A stretch of 64,000 nucleotides of DNA from the NCBI GenBank assembly GCA_965153355.1, contig OZ231126.1:23560001-23624000 (forward strand), read 5' to 3'. Below the pieces are notes generated by a model. It was not told the DNA's origin, searched no databases, and was given only the letters and a program-made list of their open reading frames with translations. Of the stretch, positions 13,002-26,814 are shown piece after piece. Source of the stretch: Flaccisagitta enflata (Eukaryota). How positions within the stretch are numbered: position 1 is the stretch's first letter; every line of letters starts with the position of its first letter. The position numbers and the translations under genes are program-made.

Positions 13002-14376
13002 TTTATCTCAAAGCGTTTTCAACATGTGTTCGTGTATCGCCTGATTGAATCATTAATAATAAAGATGATGATGATCCTTACAACTTTAATAGATTGTCAC
13101 TTACTGTGACAGATGATGACTAACTATCACTGATTGACACTAATTTTAAGGGATGGTAATTTTGAGGCTCATCACAGCAAAGCAGACCGAAGGGCGGATT
13201 AAGGAACGCTCAATGCCCTTACGGTAGTGGGTGTAATTCTTCTATCTACAGGAAGCAGGAGTTGAAGGTTGAGAAAGAACTATACTGAGTGTAAAAAAAA
13301 TTCCATCTGTGGATGATATAAATCACAAAAATATCTTTACCTCTGGCTCATAATTTCTAACGCAATTTCTTTTAGAATTTAGAATAAAACGAGAATATAG
13401 CATGATCCTTTCAAAAGACGACCATTTGGGAAAGCTGAAAAAAAAACGAAAGGGGAAAATATTGTGTTTGCGAAAGATTTACCTCGAACTAGCCCCCGCA
13501 TCGAATTCCCCACAGTGACTCGGGGGATCGTTTATTTTTGAGGAAAGGTAGACTCTATAAAGACAGACTCAGAATTGCGTGTTTGATCTTTTGTTTGAAT
13601 TATTCCGCGCGTGTCTGCGCTCCGGCTCACCGATTCCCAGTGGCGCTTTACCTTATCTTCAATGCTTTTATTGCTTTCTATTAGAAAATCCGTTGATATC
13701 ATCGCGCCCCCAAACAAATCCCGCAGCCCTCTATCGCTAAGTTCGAAAATAACCCCTCCCCCCAACTGTTTGCCGGCATTGAAACATCGCGTATCGACTT
13801 CGTCATCTCATCTCCTTCATTACCTCTTCACCGTCATAACCATCATCAGACCATAGGTTTATATCGTCATCGTTATCTTTCCATGTCTTTCTATCTCAAT
13901 CGCCATAACCGTCCTATCCTCTTTACCGCCCGATTAGCTGAATCTCATTGTAATTATTGTCACCCGATCGCCGTTACTTCATTGCCCTTTATCAACCGGT
14001 ATCACCTTTACTGCTGCTATCGTCCCTCGATCATTCAATTCCAATACCATTCCACTTCCAATCGAACCTCTGAACAGTCTTTGCGTCATCTCCGGGTTCT
14101 TTACTTAGCTACTGTCTAATAAGTAATGATTTATCTTCATCTTCGCCTGTTGATCTTTTTTTTTAACTTTCACAATGCGGCATTTGTTATTTCAGATATC
14201 CTGTATCTAAAGCTCTTTTGTGAGTTGGGAGGAGGGTCAGTGGAGACAGACACGAGAGTGCAGGGCAGTGGTCGTGTTTTCCGCTACCTTTTCTATCTTT
14301 CCTTTCCTTTCGTTTCCTTTCCTTTTCTTCACCTTCTTTTCTTCTATATCCATTCTTTTTCTTTTACATTCTTTTT

Positions 14377-14508
14377 AGTCGCGGACACGCGAATCTACAC
14401 CTTGCCGTGTCGGTCGGTCGGTCCATAACATTTTTGAATTCCAAGCGGTTTTCGCAATACTGTTCCTACCCAACCATCCGCGACTGGATTACCGTGTATC
14501 CGGCCATG
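14377..14508 (+). mobile_element. Short HINE-like element
   Basis: AGTCGCGGACACGCGAAT...ATCCGCGACTGGATTACCGTGTATCCGGCC; similar to copies at 5251 and 53735. Confidence 0.8.
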
Positions 14509-14846
14509 TTCTTTTCTTATCTCTTTCTTTCTTTTCTTTTCCTTCTTTTTTGTTATTGTGTTCATCGTGGTCCAGTTCCGAGTCCATTCGCATATTCGAC
14601 CCAATGACCTTCTACGCCGCATAAATTCTCCATTGGCAAAGTCGGTCACCATCCTATTGTGTTGCTTATACACCCCCTCCCCCCCTTACACAACCTCACC
14701 GCCGCTCGAATTCTCCATTGGTAAAGTTGCCCACCATCCAACGGTGCCGTTTATACACCTCCACCTCCCCAGTGCCACTGTCAAAGCCGACCATCACTGC
14801 GTGGTTATGAAACATCCTCTTCCCCCGCTTCTTTTTTCCCCTTTTT

Positions 14847-15094
14847 AGTTTCGGACACGCAACTCTAAAAGCGGCTTTGTTCGTCCGTCGGTCCATCTGT
14901 CGGTCCGTCTGTCGGTCCGTCCATCGGTCCATTGGTCCATCGGTGAGCACGAGTCGAAAAGTGGAACAACGAGCGTTTTTGAAGCATTTTGCGTATGTGT
15001 AAGTGAAGGGGGTGGGGTGGGGCGTTGGGTGCGAATGGGGGTTGGCCGCCCCTGCCCACCCGTCCGCAATGTAATTGCGACCCTGTGTCAATTG
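14847..15094 (+). mobile_element. HINE-like element, GTGAC subtype
   Basis: Same layout as the copy at 2698. Confidence 0.8.
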
Positions 15095-15174
15095 TTCATT
15101 GGCCCAGTCCAACACCAGCATCATCCAAAAAACTCCGTCTGTTTCTCTCTTCTTTCTCCTCTCCCTTCATTTTT

Positions 15175-15395
15175 AGTGGCGGACACGCAACTCTATGAGA
15201 GGCTTTGTCCGTCTGTTGGTCCGTCCGTCGGTCTGTTGGTCTGTTGGTCTGTTGGTCTTGAACAAGGGTCGAAAAGTGCAAAAATGAGCGTTTTAGATGC
15301 ATTTTGTGTATGTGAGTGGGGGACTTGGGGTGTGGATGGGGATCGGATGCCCCTGCCCAACCGTCCGCAACGATATTGTGACCCCGCGTCCCTTG
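15175..15395 (+). mobile_element. HINE-like element, GTGAC subtype
   Basis: AGTGGCGGACACGCAACT...GTCCGCAACGATATTGTGACCCCGCGTC. Confidence 0.8.
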
Positions 15396-15879
15396 TTCCA
15401 TTTTTCCGCCATGCAAACTTTACCCCGCTTCCGTCTCGCTTTGGCAAACAGTCTCACTTCGCTTTACTTCTTAAATTCCTCTCAGTCACAGTTATGCCTT
15501 ATTCTGCTTTCTTGTTTTCCCTTTCTGTTTCAATTTCTTCCCCCCCCCCCCCTTGCACGTTTACCTTCTATCTCCTCTATATAGCTCTATCCCTTCATCT
15601 ACCGTCTGCTTTACATTTCTATCTTATTCCGTTCTTTTTCTATTCCCATTCCTTGCTCACTACCTTTCTTTTCCACTTCTCTCTTTCTTTGCTCTTTATT
15701 TCTCTTCCACGTCTACCTCCCCCCCTCTCTCTCTCTCTCTCCGTTCTCCTCTCCTCCTCCACTTTTCCTTTCCTTTCCTCTTTGTTTCTAAAGCCGTGGT
15801 TGCAACTGCTATCCAACCCGCTGACCCCAGATTCCCATTGCAAACAAACGCCGGTTGCGCTCAAAGGCTTCCACTTTTC

Positions 15880-16410
<531 letters not shown>

Positions 16411-16670
16411 TTTTTTTCGTTCCTGTTTTTTTATTGCTTTATTTCACACTCTTTACGTTTTCTCTTTCCTTTTGTAATTCCCCTTCCCCCCCTCCATATT
16501 GTTTTTGTGTGTTAAGATTTCTATCCTCCCCTCTTACACTTGCACTGTCTTCCAACGATTGTCTATCCGTCTCTTTCTCTTTCTTTGCGCTGCGGCCTCT
16601 GCAGGCCATAACTCAGCGGCTCAGTCGGAAATGCAAATGGCGACTATTGTAAGACTGCAAAATCTCGGCG

Positions 16671-16748
<78 letters not shown>

Positions 16749-16763
16749 ACCGAACGGAGTCCC

Positions 16764-16814
16764 GATGACGCGATGACCTATAAAAGTCACGTGAGATGGC
16801 CTTTCCCTCACTCC
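16764..16814 (+). promoter_or_regulatory. Candidate TATA/Inr core promoter
   Basis: TATAAAAG at 16779-16786; Inr-like TCACTCC with A at 16810 (TATA at -31); adjacent GTCACGTGA E-box; upstream TGACG and (CT)n tract. Confidence 0.3.
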
Positions 16815-17299
16815 ACGTACCACCTTTTCTCTTTTTAGCAAAATATTCCTTTCCTTCTTTCTTTCTGTACCGCAACTGGACGAAAATATAAGCAGGACAG
16901 ACACGACCGAATATAGAGTGGACGTATCTTTGACTTATTGATGCTAGGTCAACAGGCAGTGTTGCCTTCCTTTACTGGCCACATGAATTTGAATTTGAAT
17001 AAAAATGAAATAGAGGGAAACCATGGCGTCCTTGGCGTTTTTTCTTAAATAATCCAGAAAAAGGCTACAAATGCATGGTTATGAGGAGAGAGAGCGATAT
17101 CTTGCTCGATCTTGTTCGATCTAGCTCGAATTTAAACAAACAAATAAAACGCCTACAACGGACGGACGGATGGGCAAAGCCTCTTTTAGAGTGTCCGCAA
17201 CTTAGAGAAAAAATATGAAAATTGTTAGAAGAAAAGATATCGAAATTGTTAGTACACATTTTTTCCCTCAATTTTTCTTAAATTCCACAATGCCACGCG

Positions 17300-18455
17300 C
17301 GGGTGTGTCAATATGCAAAAGGTTTATTGATGAGACCATCAACATCAATAAACTGATTTTATCAAATTCCAAGACCTTTAACATTTTTATTTTGTCAAAT
17401 TTAATTCATCCTCCATTTTTCTTCAAAACTCCTTTTTAACCACGTATTTGTATATTGCTGTCTTGATGAATTTGTATCAGTATCATTGCTTATAAATTAA
17501 ATCTAATTGAAATGCATAACTATCTTGGTGCTAATTCTAGTTGCATCAAGGTAAAGGTTGTTCATTAGCTTGTACCTAAATGACAAAAAGTGATAAATTT
17601 GGCATTCTACATGCACTTTATGCTGTGGGGCTGTCTTGGCCTCCTGTTAAGATCAGTTTTGCCACTCAAATCCTACTTTAAGCTTTCCGCGTCTTACCCT
17701 TGGTAAAACCTACCTCTATGGGGAACCAAAAATTTCAAAATGCTTAAATCTCTATTTTGACTGCAGATTTGAAATCTACAGAAAAAACTGTTAATTGAAA
17801 GTGCTTTCCTTTTTTCAATATTCCAACTAGAAGGTGCTCAAAATAAGCGTCAAAGTTTGCAAAACTTACCTTTCTCTTTTATTTCTTTGTAAAATTGCCG
17901 AACTTACCTTTTTGTCATATTTTCAAGATGAATTTTGATTATGATCCCGAAGGAATTTTGTAAAAAGGAGAGCACTTTCAATTATCATTTTTCCATGCAG
18001 ATTTCAAATATGCAGTCAAAAATGGGATTTTAGTAACTCGAATTTTTTGGTTTCCTATAGGCAAAAAAAAATTTAAAGGTAAGGCGCGGCCAGCAAGATG
18101 CAAATTTTTCAATCTGAAATTGATGTTATTAGAAGCCCAAGACAGCCTCACAACAAGAACTACTCGTGGACATCTGTTTTTTGTCATTTCGGTACAAGCT
18201 ATTGTTCATTTATCACCAAAGTTGTAAAAAAAACAATTACAAATCTTTTCTGTACAAGTTATGGGTCTTATTTTCACCAAAACTGGGTGCAGATGCTGGG
18301 AGTATATATATTTTTGACAATCTTTTCTTGCACTAAAAAAATGGAAGGTGAAAGAAATATGAGAAGATAAAAACGCTTAGTTTTAGAATTTTTTTGTTTA
18401 CACTCTCTGATGTTGATGATCTGATCAAAAATGGTTTTGCATATTGACACACCCG
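17300..18455. mobile_element. Degenerate foldback (palindromic) DNA element, ~1.15 kb
   Basis: Perfect 21-bp IR CGGGTGTGTCAATATGCAAAA; internal mirrored blocks ~17570-17645 with ~18130-18200 and ~17718-17825 with ~17952-18060; TSD unresolved. Confidence 0.85.
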
Positions 18456-18669
18456 AACGTCACGCATACCAATTCTATTGCTGGGAACATTTTCCCCTCA
18501 CGCGTGTTTGCTTGACTTTGTTGTCGCTGCGATGACGCAAACATTTTTTTTTTCAAAAGATTTCGTGCGGCGCCAAATATTTACTCATCGTTTATTCATT
18601 TCGGTTTTTGTGACGATGCGGCGCGGCGCTGACGCTGTCAAAAGCGGTGCTGGCTTTAACGATTGTAGG

Positions 18670-18910
18670 CCTGTGGCACTGCTGTTGTTGGGAGTGGTGC
18701 TGTTTTTGACGATTGTGGCGCTTATTTTGATGTCAACAGCACTGTTTTTGACGATTGTGGCATTGATGTTGTTGACAGTGACGGCTGTGGCGCTGGCTTT
18801 GACTAATGTAACACTGAGGTTGTTGACAATGGCTAATGCAATCGCAATGGTGCTAGTTTTGACGAATGTGGCGCTGATGCAGCTGAGAGCCGCGCTGGTT
18901 GTGACGCTGG
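18670..18910. repeat. Degenerate ~21-bp minisatellite
   Basis: Variants of GCTGTTTTTGACGATTGTGGC recur; explains the LFLTIVA periodicity of ORF 18478-19002. Confidence 0.6.
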
Positions 18911-19573
18911 CTTCAAAAAATGTGGAGCCAATGTTCTCGATTGAGGCGCTGATAGTAACATGTGGAGGCCATGGCGCTGATTTTGCAAATGTTTCATGTT
19001 GATATGAGAGACTATATTGGAATGCTTTTATATTTATATGGCGCTGATACTGCGTTGTTATTTTTTGTTTTGTTTTTTTTTTGTCGTTCGCTGTGCAGAG
19101 GCTGATGTTACAAACATGGGTACTGACGTTTTAGACTTTAAATCAAATTTGCCATCCGTGTTGCCGTTTTGTTTGTTTGTTTAGTTTGTTTTTAGTCGCG
19201 GACTAGCGACTCTATAAGAGGCTTTGTCTATTCTGCCAATGTTTATCCAGAGCAAGTACAAATTCTCAATGCATGGAGGAAACTTGGCGTTGCGTTGAAG
19301 GCCCAAGGGATGACGTTGGAGGGATGGGGTAGGGAAGGGCCGGGGAAATAGGGCGAAATAGGTCGGCGATGGAAGAATAATGAGGAACATACAATACAAA
19401 TACGATACAAACGCGACTGATAAAGTAACAGATGTGTGGAGCGACGGACAGAGAGAAATTTTAAGGTGGTGAAGGGAGGGCGCTCCTGAACACGAGAAGC
19501 GTTGAGGAGAAAACTTCCTTTTCTATTTTTGGAAATGTGAAAACCTTGATCTCCTGAATTCAATTCCTTTTGC

Positions 19574-19779
<206 letters not shown>

Positions 19780-19986
19780 CAATGCTCTCCTCAGCTCTGT
19801 TCGTTCACCCAAAATCATGAGCATGACTGCACAAATTTATCGAATCATCTTTTGAATCATTCATAAGATGTTCCTAGTACCAATGCAATGGCCAAAAATA
19901 GATGTGTAAGATTGCAAGTACAGGTGATGAAAATTATTTTAGCTTCAGACAAGCCAAATACTTCCCCAGCCCCAGTTGCAATTATT

Positions 19987-20164
19987 AGTCAAATGCATGC
20001 GACTCTATTATTCGCTATGTCGGTCAGTCCCTCTGTAACACTTAGCTTTTTAGGCGTTTATGGGCGCGCGTTTATTGCATCACTGCTTCTCCCAAAGTGT
20101 TAGCCTTACTTACCACTGTCCCTGCCCACCAGCACGCAACTTGGGCAGCCGTGTATCCGGCCTT
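19987..20164 (+). mobile_element. Degenerate HINE-like element
   Basis: 3' GCACGCAACTTGGGCAGCCGTGTATCCGGCC. Confidence 0.65.
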
Positions 20165-20666
20165 TTTCCACAGTTCAGCGAAATCACCGCCTCTTTAGAG
20201 TTAGACTTTTGCATTCCATTCTCGATGGTTTTTGTGTTGCTCAAACATACGATTGAGCAGGACACACCGCAACTTCCTGTGCCGAAGTATCTGACGATGT
20301 GATGTAGTGAAAAAGGAATGTTTTAGAATGTACGTCAAATGTACAAAAGGGTTTGCGTGAATGGCGAAGGGTTTACATAAACAAATTTGACCGTATTGTT
20401 TGACTTTGTTACGGCTGTGAGATTTATCTTTCCGTCTTTGATACAATCGTCTTTTCTTTTACTAGGGCTAAGGAAGAAATACGACAAGTCAGCCTTTGAA
20501 GTTTTTAACCCTTTTCAAGTCATTTTTGGCCCAGATTCGAAGAAGAGGAAAAGCTACAGAAGAAAAGCTTACAAGGAGAAGGAGGAGCAGAAGAAAATCT
20601 TTTAGAAGAAGAAGACAACGAAAGAAAATGAAAGAAAGAAGAAAAGAAAAGAGAAAGAAGATAAAA

Positions 20667-20868
20667 CAAGGCCGGATACACGGCTACCCTAGCCGAGAGC
20701 AGGTGGGCAGTGGCAGTGTTTGAGTCACTATAGTGGTTGCACAATTCATAGCATTAGGGCAGGGGCAGTTAGGCTAAATACCGCGAAAACAGTAAAAATT
20801 GAAAAGAGCGACCGATGGACGGATGGACGGGTGGACAAAGCGGGGTGTCGATTCGCGGTGCACGCGAC
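20667..20868 (-). mobile_element. HINE-like element
   Basis: CAAGGCCGGATACACGGC...GGACAAAGCGGGGTGTCGATTCGCGGTGCACGCGAC. Confidence 0.7.
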
Positions 20869-20992
20869 GATAAACGGAAAAAGAAAAAAAAATGAGGGTA
20901 AGGGTTGGGATTTCGGTCTCAAGTCTGGGATTTGGGCCTCGAGGCTGGGATATGGGCCTCGGGGCTGAGATATAGGCCGCTGCCCAAAAAGG

Positions 20993-21112
<120 letters not shown>

Positions 21113-21409
21113 AATTTTTTTAGTAAGGAACAACACTCATTTGTCAGTAATAACATTTTCTTGTTAGGAACAACATTCGTTGGGAACAACATTCATGAGT
21201 CATGAACTACATTCGATAGGCAGGAACAACACTCATTAGTTAGAAACATCATTCGTTTGTCAGGAACGTCGACCTCCGTCTTTCCTCTTTGAGAACAAAT
21301 TCAATCAGGTTTCCATTGTAACTCCGTCCCCTTTTCGACCAGCCGGCCCGAAACGGCGACCCTTAGTACAATATCCACCATTATTTCTCCTTCCTCTACA
21401 TTCCGACTC

Positions 21410-21926
<517 letters not shown>

Positions 21927-22145
21927 TTTTCTTCCTTTCTCTCCCTGCTTTCTCTCCCTCCTTTCTCTCCCTCCTTTCTGCCTCCTTTCTCTGTCTCTTT
22001 CACTTTCTATGAGTCGTGCCTCGTCTGTTTGCGGTCGGGGGGCTTTTCTCTCCTTTCATCTCTCGGTTCTGATTAATTTCACAATGTATCACCTACTGTG
22101 AATCTCTGACGGCGCGATTGATTTAAAGCGTCGAGTTCCAAGGAG

Positions 22146-22237
<92 letters not shown>

Positions 22238-22786
22238 GAAAAGAAAGGCCGATGTACCCGACACAGGCACAGACGATGCATGGAAACCCGCAGGCAACGC
22301 ATCAGACGAAGAAAAGGGCGTAGGAACTTAGTCGATGGGGGAATCTTTAAAGAAATGGAGGCTTGTGGAAGGGTTGAAGGAGCAGAGAATGCGATTCAAG
22401 AGAATCGAAATCGAAAATTGTCAGATTGACGCGGGGCCGGGGCTATATCCGCCAGTTGGTCCGTCCGTTGGTCCGTTGGCATGAGTTAGCCCCCTTTGTT
22501 GGTTGGTCCGTGCACTCAAGGCTCTTTAGGTCATTTCTTTCTTTTTTCTTTTTTTCTTTTTTTTGCAATTCCCCTGCCAAATGCTGATATAAAAAAGCAT
22601 CTAAGGCCAAGCCCTCGATAAGGGAGAATAGGGGTAATAACACCATGAAATATTACGGGAGAGGGTTTGAAGGGATTGAGGTGAAGAACTCATGACCATG
22701 ACAAGTAAAGACATAATATGACTTGGCATATCGATCGAGGATACTCTCTGTGTCGACATGTGCTTGTGCATAAAATAGATTGTATC

Positions 22787-23024
22787 AGAGAGAGCGAGAT
22801 CGAAAGCGAGAGCGAGATTGAGAGCGAGAGCGAGATTGAGAGCGAGAGCGAGAGCGAGATTTAGAGCGAGAGCATGAGAGTGAGAGACTCGTGAGAGAGC
22901 GCTAGAGAGCGAGAGTAAACAAAAGCAAGCAAAAGTGAGCGAGAGCAAGCAAGAGCAAGCAAGAGCAAGCGAGAGCAAGCGAGAGCAAGCAAGAGCATGA
23001 GCATGAGTATGAGCATGAGCATGA
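22787..23024. repeat. Graded GAGAGC / GAGCAAGC / GAGCAT simple repeat
   Basis: Unit changes progressively along the array. Confidence 0.85.
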
Positions 23025-23456
23025 GGAAAAGGTATCAAAATTCCACTCGAGAAAAAATATTCCTTTTTCACTAGCCACCATTAAGGCATTACAAAGCCAT
23101 GATCTGACATTTCACATAAGTTTACGTGATCTCTTAGTTTGAAAACGAAAGGTATTCAAGCTCTTCTTAATTGATCGAGAGACAGTGAGTGCAAAATTGC
23201 AAGTAAGCGAATTGATTCTATCTTTTATCGGCCATAGCAACGCGCTGGATGAAACGGCATTATAAGTTACCCCTGCCACGAACGCGCTTTCCGACTGACC
23301 AACATAGTAACAAAGAGCGTCGCTCGAGAGCTCCGTCGCGGCGGTTATAACTGTCGAAACGTATAACACGAACTCGACTGCATGAGCTGACCGAAAGACT
23401 CAGGGGATGTTTCTAGTGAAAGCGTGACAAACGCGTTTTAAGGAGTGAGACCATTG

Positions 23457-23538
23457 AAAAAAGTCTCAGACCCATCAAGGATCGAACCCCCAAATTATAG
23501 CAGGGGAGTTGGATGACTTATCAGTGCGCCACGAAGCA
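23457..23538 (-). pseudogene. tRNA-derived (SINE-head-like) sequence with a Pol III T6 terminator
   Basis: Minus strand GCTTCGTGGCGCACTGATAAG (A-box-like), GGGGGTTCGATCC (B box), then TTTTTT; stems degenerate. Confidence 0.6.
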
Positions 23539-23681
23539 TAACATAATACTTGGTGATGGGATTAGGCTAATTTCAAAAGTGATTGGCAAATTATTTCCCA
23601 AATGTAGTTCAAGACCTGTGCAAGAGTACCTTTTCCCAAAGATCGCTATATGAAAGGGCATTCACAACAGAGTAGTCTATC

Positions 23682-23763
23682 TCCACGGTGGCGTACATGT
23701 AGCGAGCGCGACTGTAATTCTAAAGGTGTGAGATCGAACCCTGCAATCCTCGGGAATTTTTTT
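23682..23763 (+). pseudogene. tRNA-derived (SINE-head-like) sequence with a Pol III T7 terminator
   Basis: GGTGGCGTACATGTAGCG (A-box-like), GACTGTAATTC (anticodon-arm-like), AAAGGT, GAGATCGAACCC (B-box-like), then TTTTTTT. Confidence 0.6.
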
Positions 23764-24170
23764 CAATGGCCCTACTGCCTAAAACGCGTTAATCTTGGAA
23801 TACGAGCAAAACGCGTTTCAGGCTTTCACTAGAAACATCCCCTCAGACGAGATGTTATCTTTTTCTGAGCCATCCTAGTTAGGGGAACGCTTCGATCAAG
23901 AGAATGTTCCTCGTGATCCTGATCTGTGATACCAGCGCGTTGACGATTGACAACGGACAGAACCAAATCATCAGATCAGTGAAACGCCTGAAGGGCTAGA
24001 GATTTATTTGAAACCGATTCCATTTTAAACGGAATAATTACAGTAGATTTGCGATTGAACATGTATATGTACCATGATCCTCAATATCTCTAGAGACTCT
24101 AGCACTGCGTTTATGAAATCCATTAAGACTTTGCTCCAACTTGCCTGAGCGCGCATCAAACCCGCTTTTT

Positions 24171-24327
24171 AGTTGCGGACACGCAACTCTATAAGAGGCT
24201 TTGTCCGTCCGTTGGTCGGTCGGCTGGTCGGTCGGTCGGTCCGTCACGCTCGAGTTGAAAAGTGGGAAAACGCGTATCTCAACCCCTGCCCACCCGTCCG
24301 CAACTGATGGCCGTGTATCCGGCCTTG
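24171..24327 (+). mobile_element. HINE-like element, full length and near consensus
   Basis: AGTTGCGGACACGCAACT, (GGTC)n, GTCCGCAACT, GGCCGTGTATCCGGCC, T-rich flanks. Confidence 0.9.
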
Positions 24328-24845
24328 TTTCATTTTTGCACCTTTGTTAGCGCCTACATCGAGTTTCCTTTGTTTTGTTTTTTTTGTTTTGTTTTTTTTT
24401 TTTGTTTTTTTTTGTTTTGCTAGGTTTATCTTGTTTGTTTATGTTTGTGGTTGCTTTTGATAGCGGATACATACTGTATGTGTGCTTTCGTCTCATCGTG
24501 TGTGATTGTGTGTCTGTCTGTGGTTTTCCTCGACGTGCCTGGTCAAGCAGTTCGCACACTGCATACGTGCTGCACGGCATACGATGGCATGATATGCGCC
24601 GCATTGGCATTTACTTATTCTCGGCGAATGCACGCGGGATTGTGTCCGCCTTCTTCGCCTTCATTGCACGTGTCGCGGCGAAAGAAGAGAGGGTCAGTGA
24701 AACGAGCAGATCGACTGATTGCCAGAAGGAAGAAATTAGTCAGCGAAAGAGCGAATGGAAAGAGACAGACAGCGACAGAGACAGGAAGAACGAGACAGAG
24801 ACACTTCAATGACTCCGCCCTAGACATGCGCACGTGACGGCGGTG

Positions 24846-24896
<51 letters not shown>

Positions 24897-25189
24897 CACT
24901 TTGCAGACATCCGCGCTGACATTCTTGGCTGCCGCGTAAAAAAAGAGGGAAAGAGTGGGGGGTGTGTTAAGGGGGATCAAGTGGGGCTGCATGATAGTTT
25001 GCAGCTGGGGATAGTAGGGGTGGTATGACACGTGGCCCCCGCAAATGCCGTGTGGTCATGAAGGATTCATACCCGCTAGGCCGCTGGCGCAAAGAGTAAA
25101 GGCCCAGAAGCTACGAGGGAGTGAAGTTGAAATGTGAGTATTCTGGAGTGGTTGGCTTTAAATCAATGAACAAAGAACGACTAAACCTA

Positions 25190-25752
25190 ACACCCCTGAC
25201 ATAATTAAGCGAACTGGGAATATATGCCATAAAGAGTGAAATACTGGCCCCAGCTCTACAAGATTTGACATAGAAATAGCAAAAATATCATACTTTGACA
25301 TAGTAAAACAACAGAGAGCAATTATTTACCAGTAGAAGGGTGAGAAGGAAATCAGTCAGAAATGGCAAATCGGATTTTAACTGATTTTCCCCACAACATT
25401 TCTACATGAAGATGACACATAATCACAGCTGTTTTTTGTGGTCTACACCCAAGTCATTTGTTTTTGTTAGCTGGAGACTTTTTTTATTTTTGTTTTTTTA
25501 GAAGAGAGGGCCAAGAAATAGACAGGGGCAGCCCATGAAAATGACGAAATTTTGCATTAAGTAAATTAGAAGTAGTGGACATAGTGAGAGTGTCTTCTAT
25601 CGATTTAAGGACTTAAATAGGCTTTTAACCTAGTCTTTGAGTAGGCTTTGGAATTTACCCCATATGCATGTAGTGTGAACATATCCCAAAGTGTCATTCA
25701 CGCTCAAATAAATGATATTTAACCTCAGTTCGACTAATTTTGTCAGGGGTGT
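25190..25752. mobile_element. TA-flanked MITE
   Basis: TIR ACACCCCTGACATAATTAAGCGAACTG versus CAGTTCGACTAATTTTGTCAGGGGTGT; TA on both sides. Confidence 0.8.
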
Positions 25753-25821
25753 TAGAATGGTCGGAGTAAAAGACAACCGTATGTCTGTGTGTCTGTCTGT
25801 GCGTCAGTGTGTCTGTCTTTT

Positions 25822-25881
<60 letters not shown>

Positions 25882-25980
25882 TTGGTACGGTCATTTCACC
25901 AAACGGTTATTGCTTATGGCTAGCAAAGTTATGGAGAGGAAAGTTGTGATACTTCGTCGTTAAGGGAACGGAATCAAAAA

Positions 25981-26089
<109 letters not shown>

Positions 26090-26384
26090 AGAGAGACAAA
26101 TAGAAAGAGAGAAGCTCACTCGAATAGTCACAGAGAGATAGTCGACGAATGACTTGACAAACAAACAGACTGCGAGAGTGAGATGATTGAGATTCACAGA
26201 GAGACAGGCAGAGACACATGAAAACAGACATACAGACCGACAAAAAAAGGATATATAGAAATGATATAACTTGATTTCAAAACAACTTTCGAAAGCGGTA
26301 AAAAAGGAAAGAAGCGATCTTGCTTTAAAAATGTTGTTTTTTGTTTACGGCGTTAATTGTTGATGTCTTTTGTTTTGCCTCTAG

Positions 26385-26656
26385 GCGACGCCTACCGCCC
26401 GTCGTCTCAAAACACTCCAAGAGACAAATGAACAAAAATGAGAATGCGGTTCCCCGCGTTTAATGGTGGTGGTGCGGTGGCGTAAAGTAACAACAACAAC
26501 ATCACATCGCGGCAAAGCGAGAGACGCGACGACGACGATGGAAAGATGCTGCAACAACAACAACGGTGGTTGCAGCAGTGGCAATGACGGGAGCAACATC
26601 AACAATCCAAACGCCAGAGCGAGCGACGCCGAAGACGCGATGCAGCAACAAATGCG
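26385..26656 (+). other. Candidate exon (5' UTR plus possible start of a CDS)
   Basis: Acceptor TCTTTTGTTTTGCCTCTAG, donor CG/GTGAGC, CpG-rich unique sequence, ATG at 26538 in ACGATGG context; no recognisable homology. Confidence 0.35.
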
Positions 26657-26661
26657 GTGAG

Positions 26662-26662
26662 C

Positions 26663-26732
<70 letters not shown>

Positions 26733-26751
26733 ATAACAACAACAAAAACAA

Positions 26752-26814
<63 letters not shown>

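Larger units (their letters stand above)
23403..23842. mobile_element. PIF/Harbinger (Tourist)-like MITE containing two tRNA-like cassettes
   Basis: Perfect 21-bp TIR GGGGATGTTTCTAGTGAAAGC; 3-bp TSD TCA at 23400-23402 and 23843-23845. Confidence 0.85.

Noticed and set aside
18478-19002. Hydrophobic 174-aa membrane-protein-like ORF
   Set aside because: Explained by a degenerate 21-bp T/G-rich repeat; non-ATG start and no supporting splice context
23457-23763. Functional tRNA genes
   Set aside because: Acceptor and anticodon stems do not pair properly; kept only as tRNA-derived sequences
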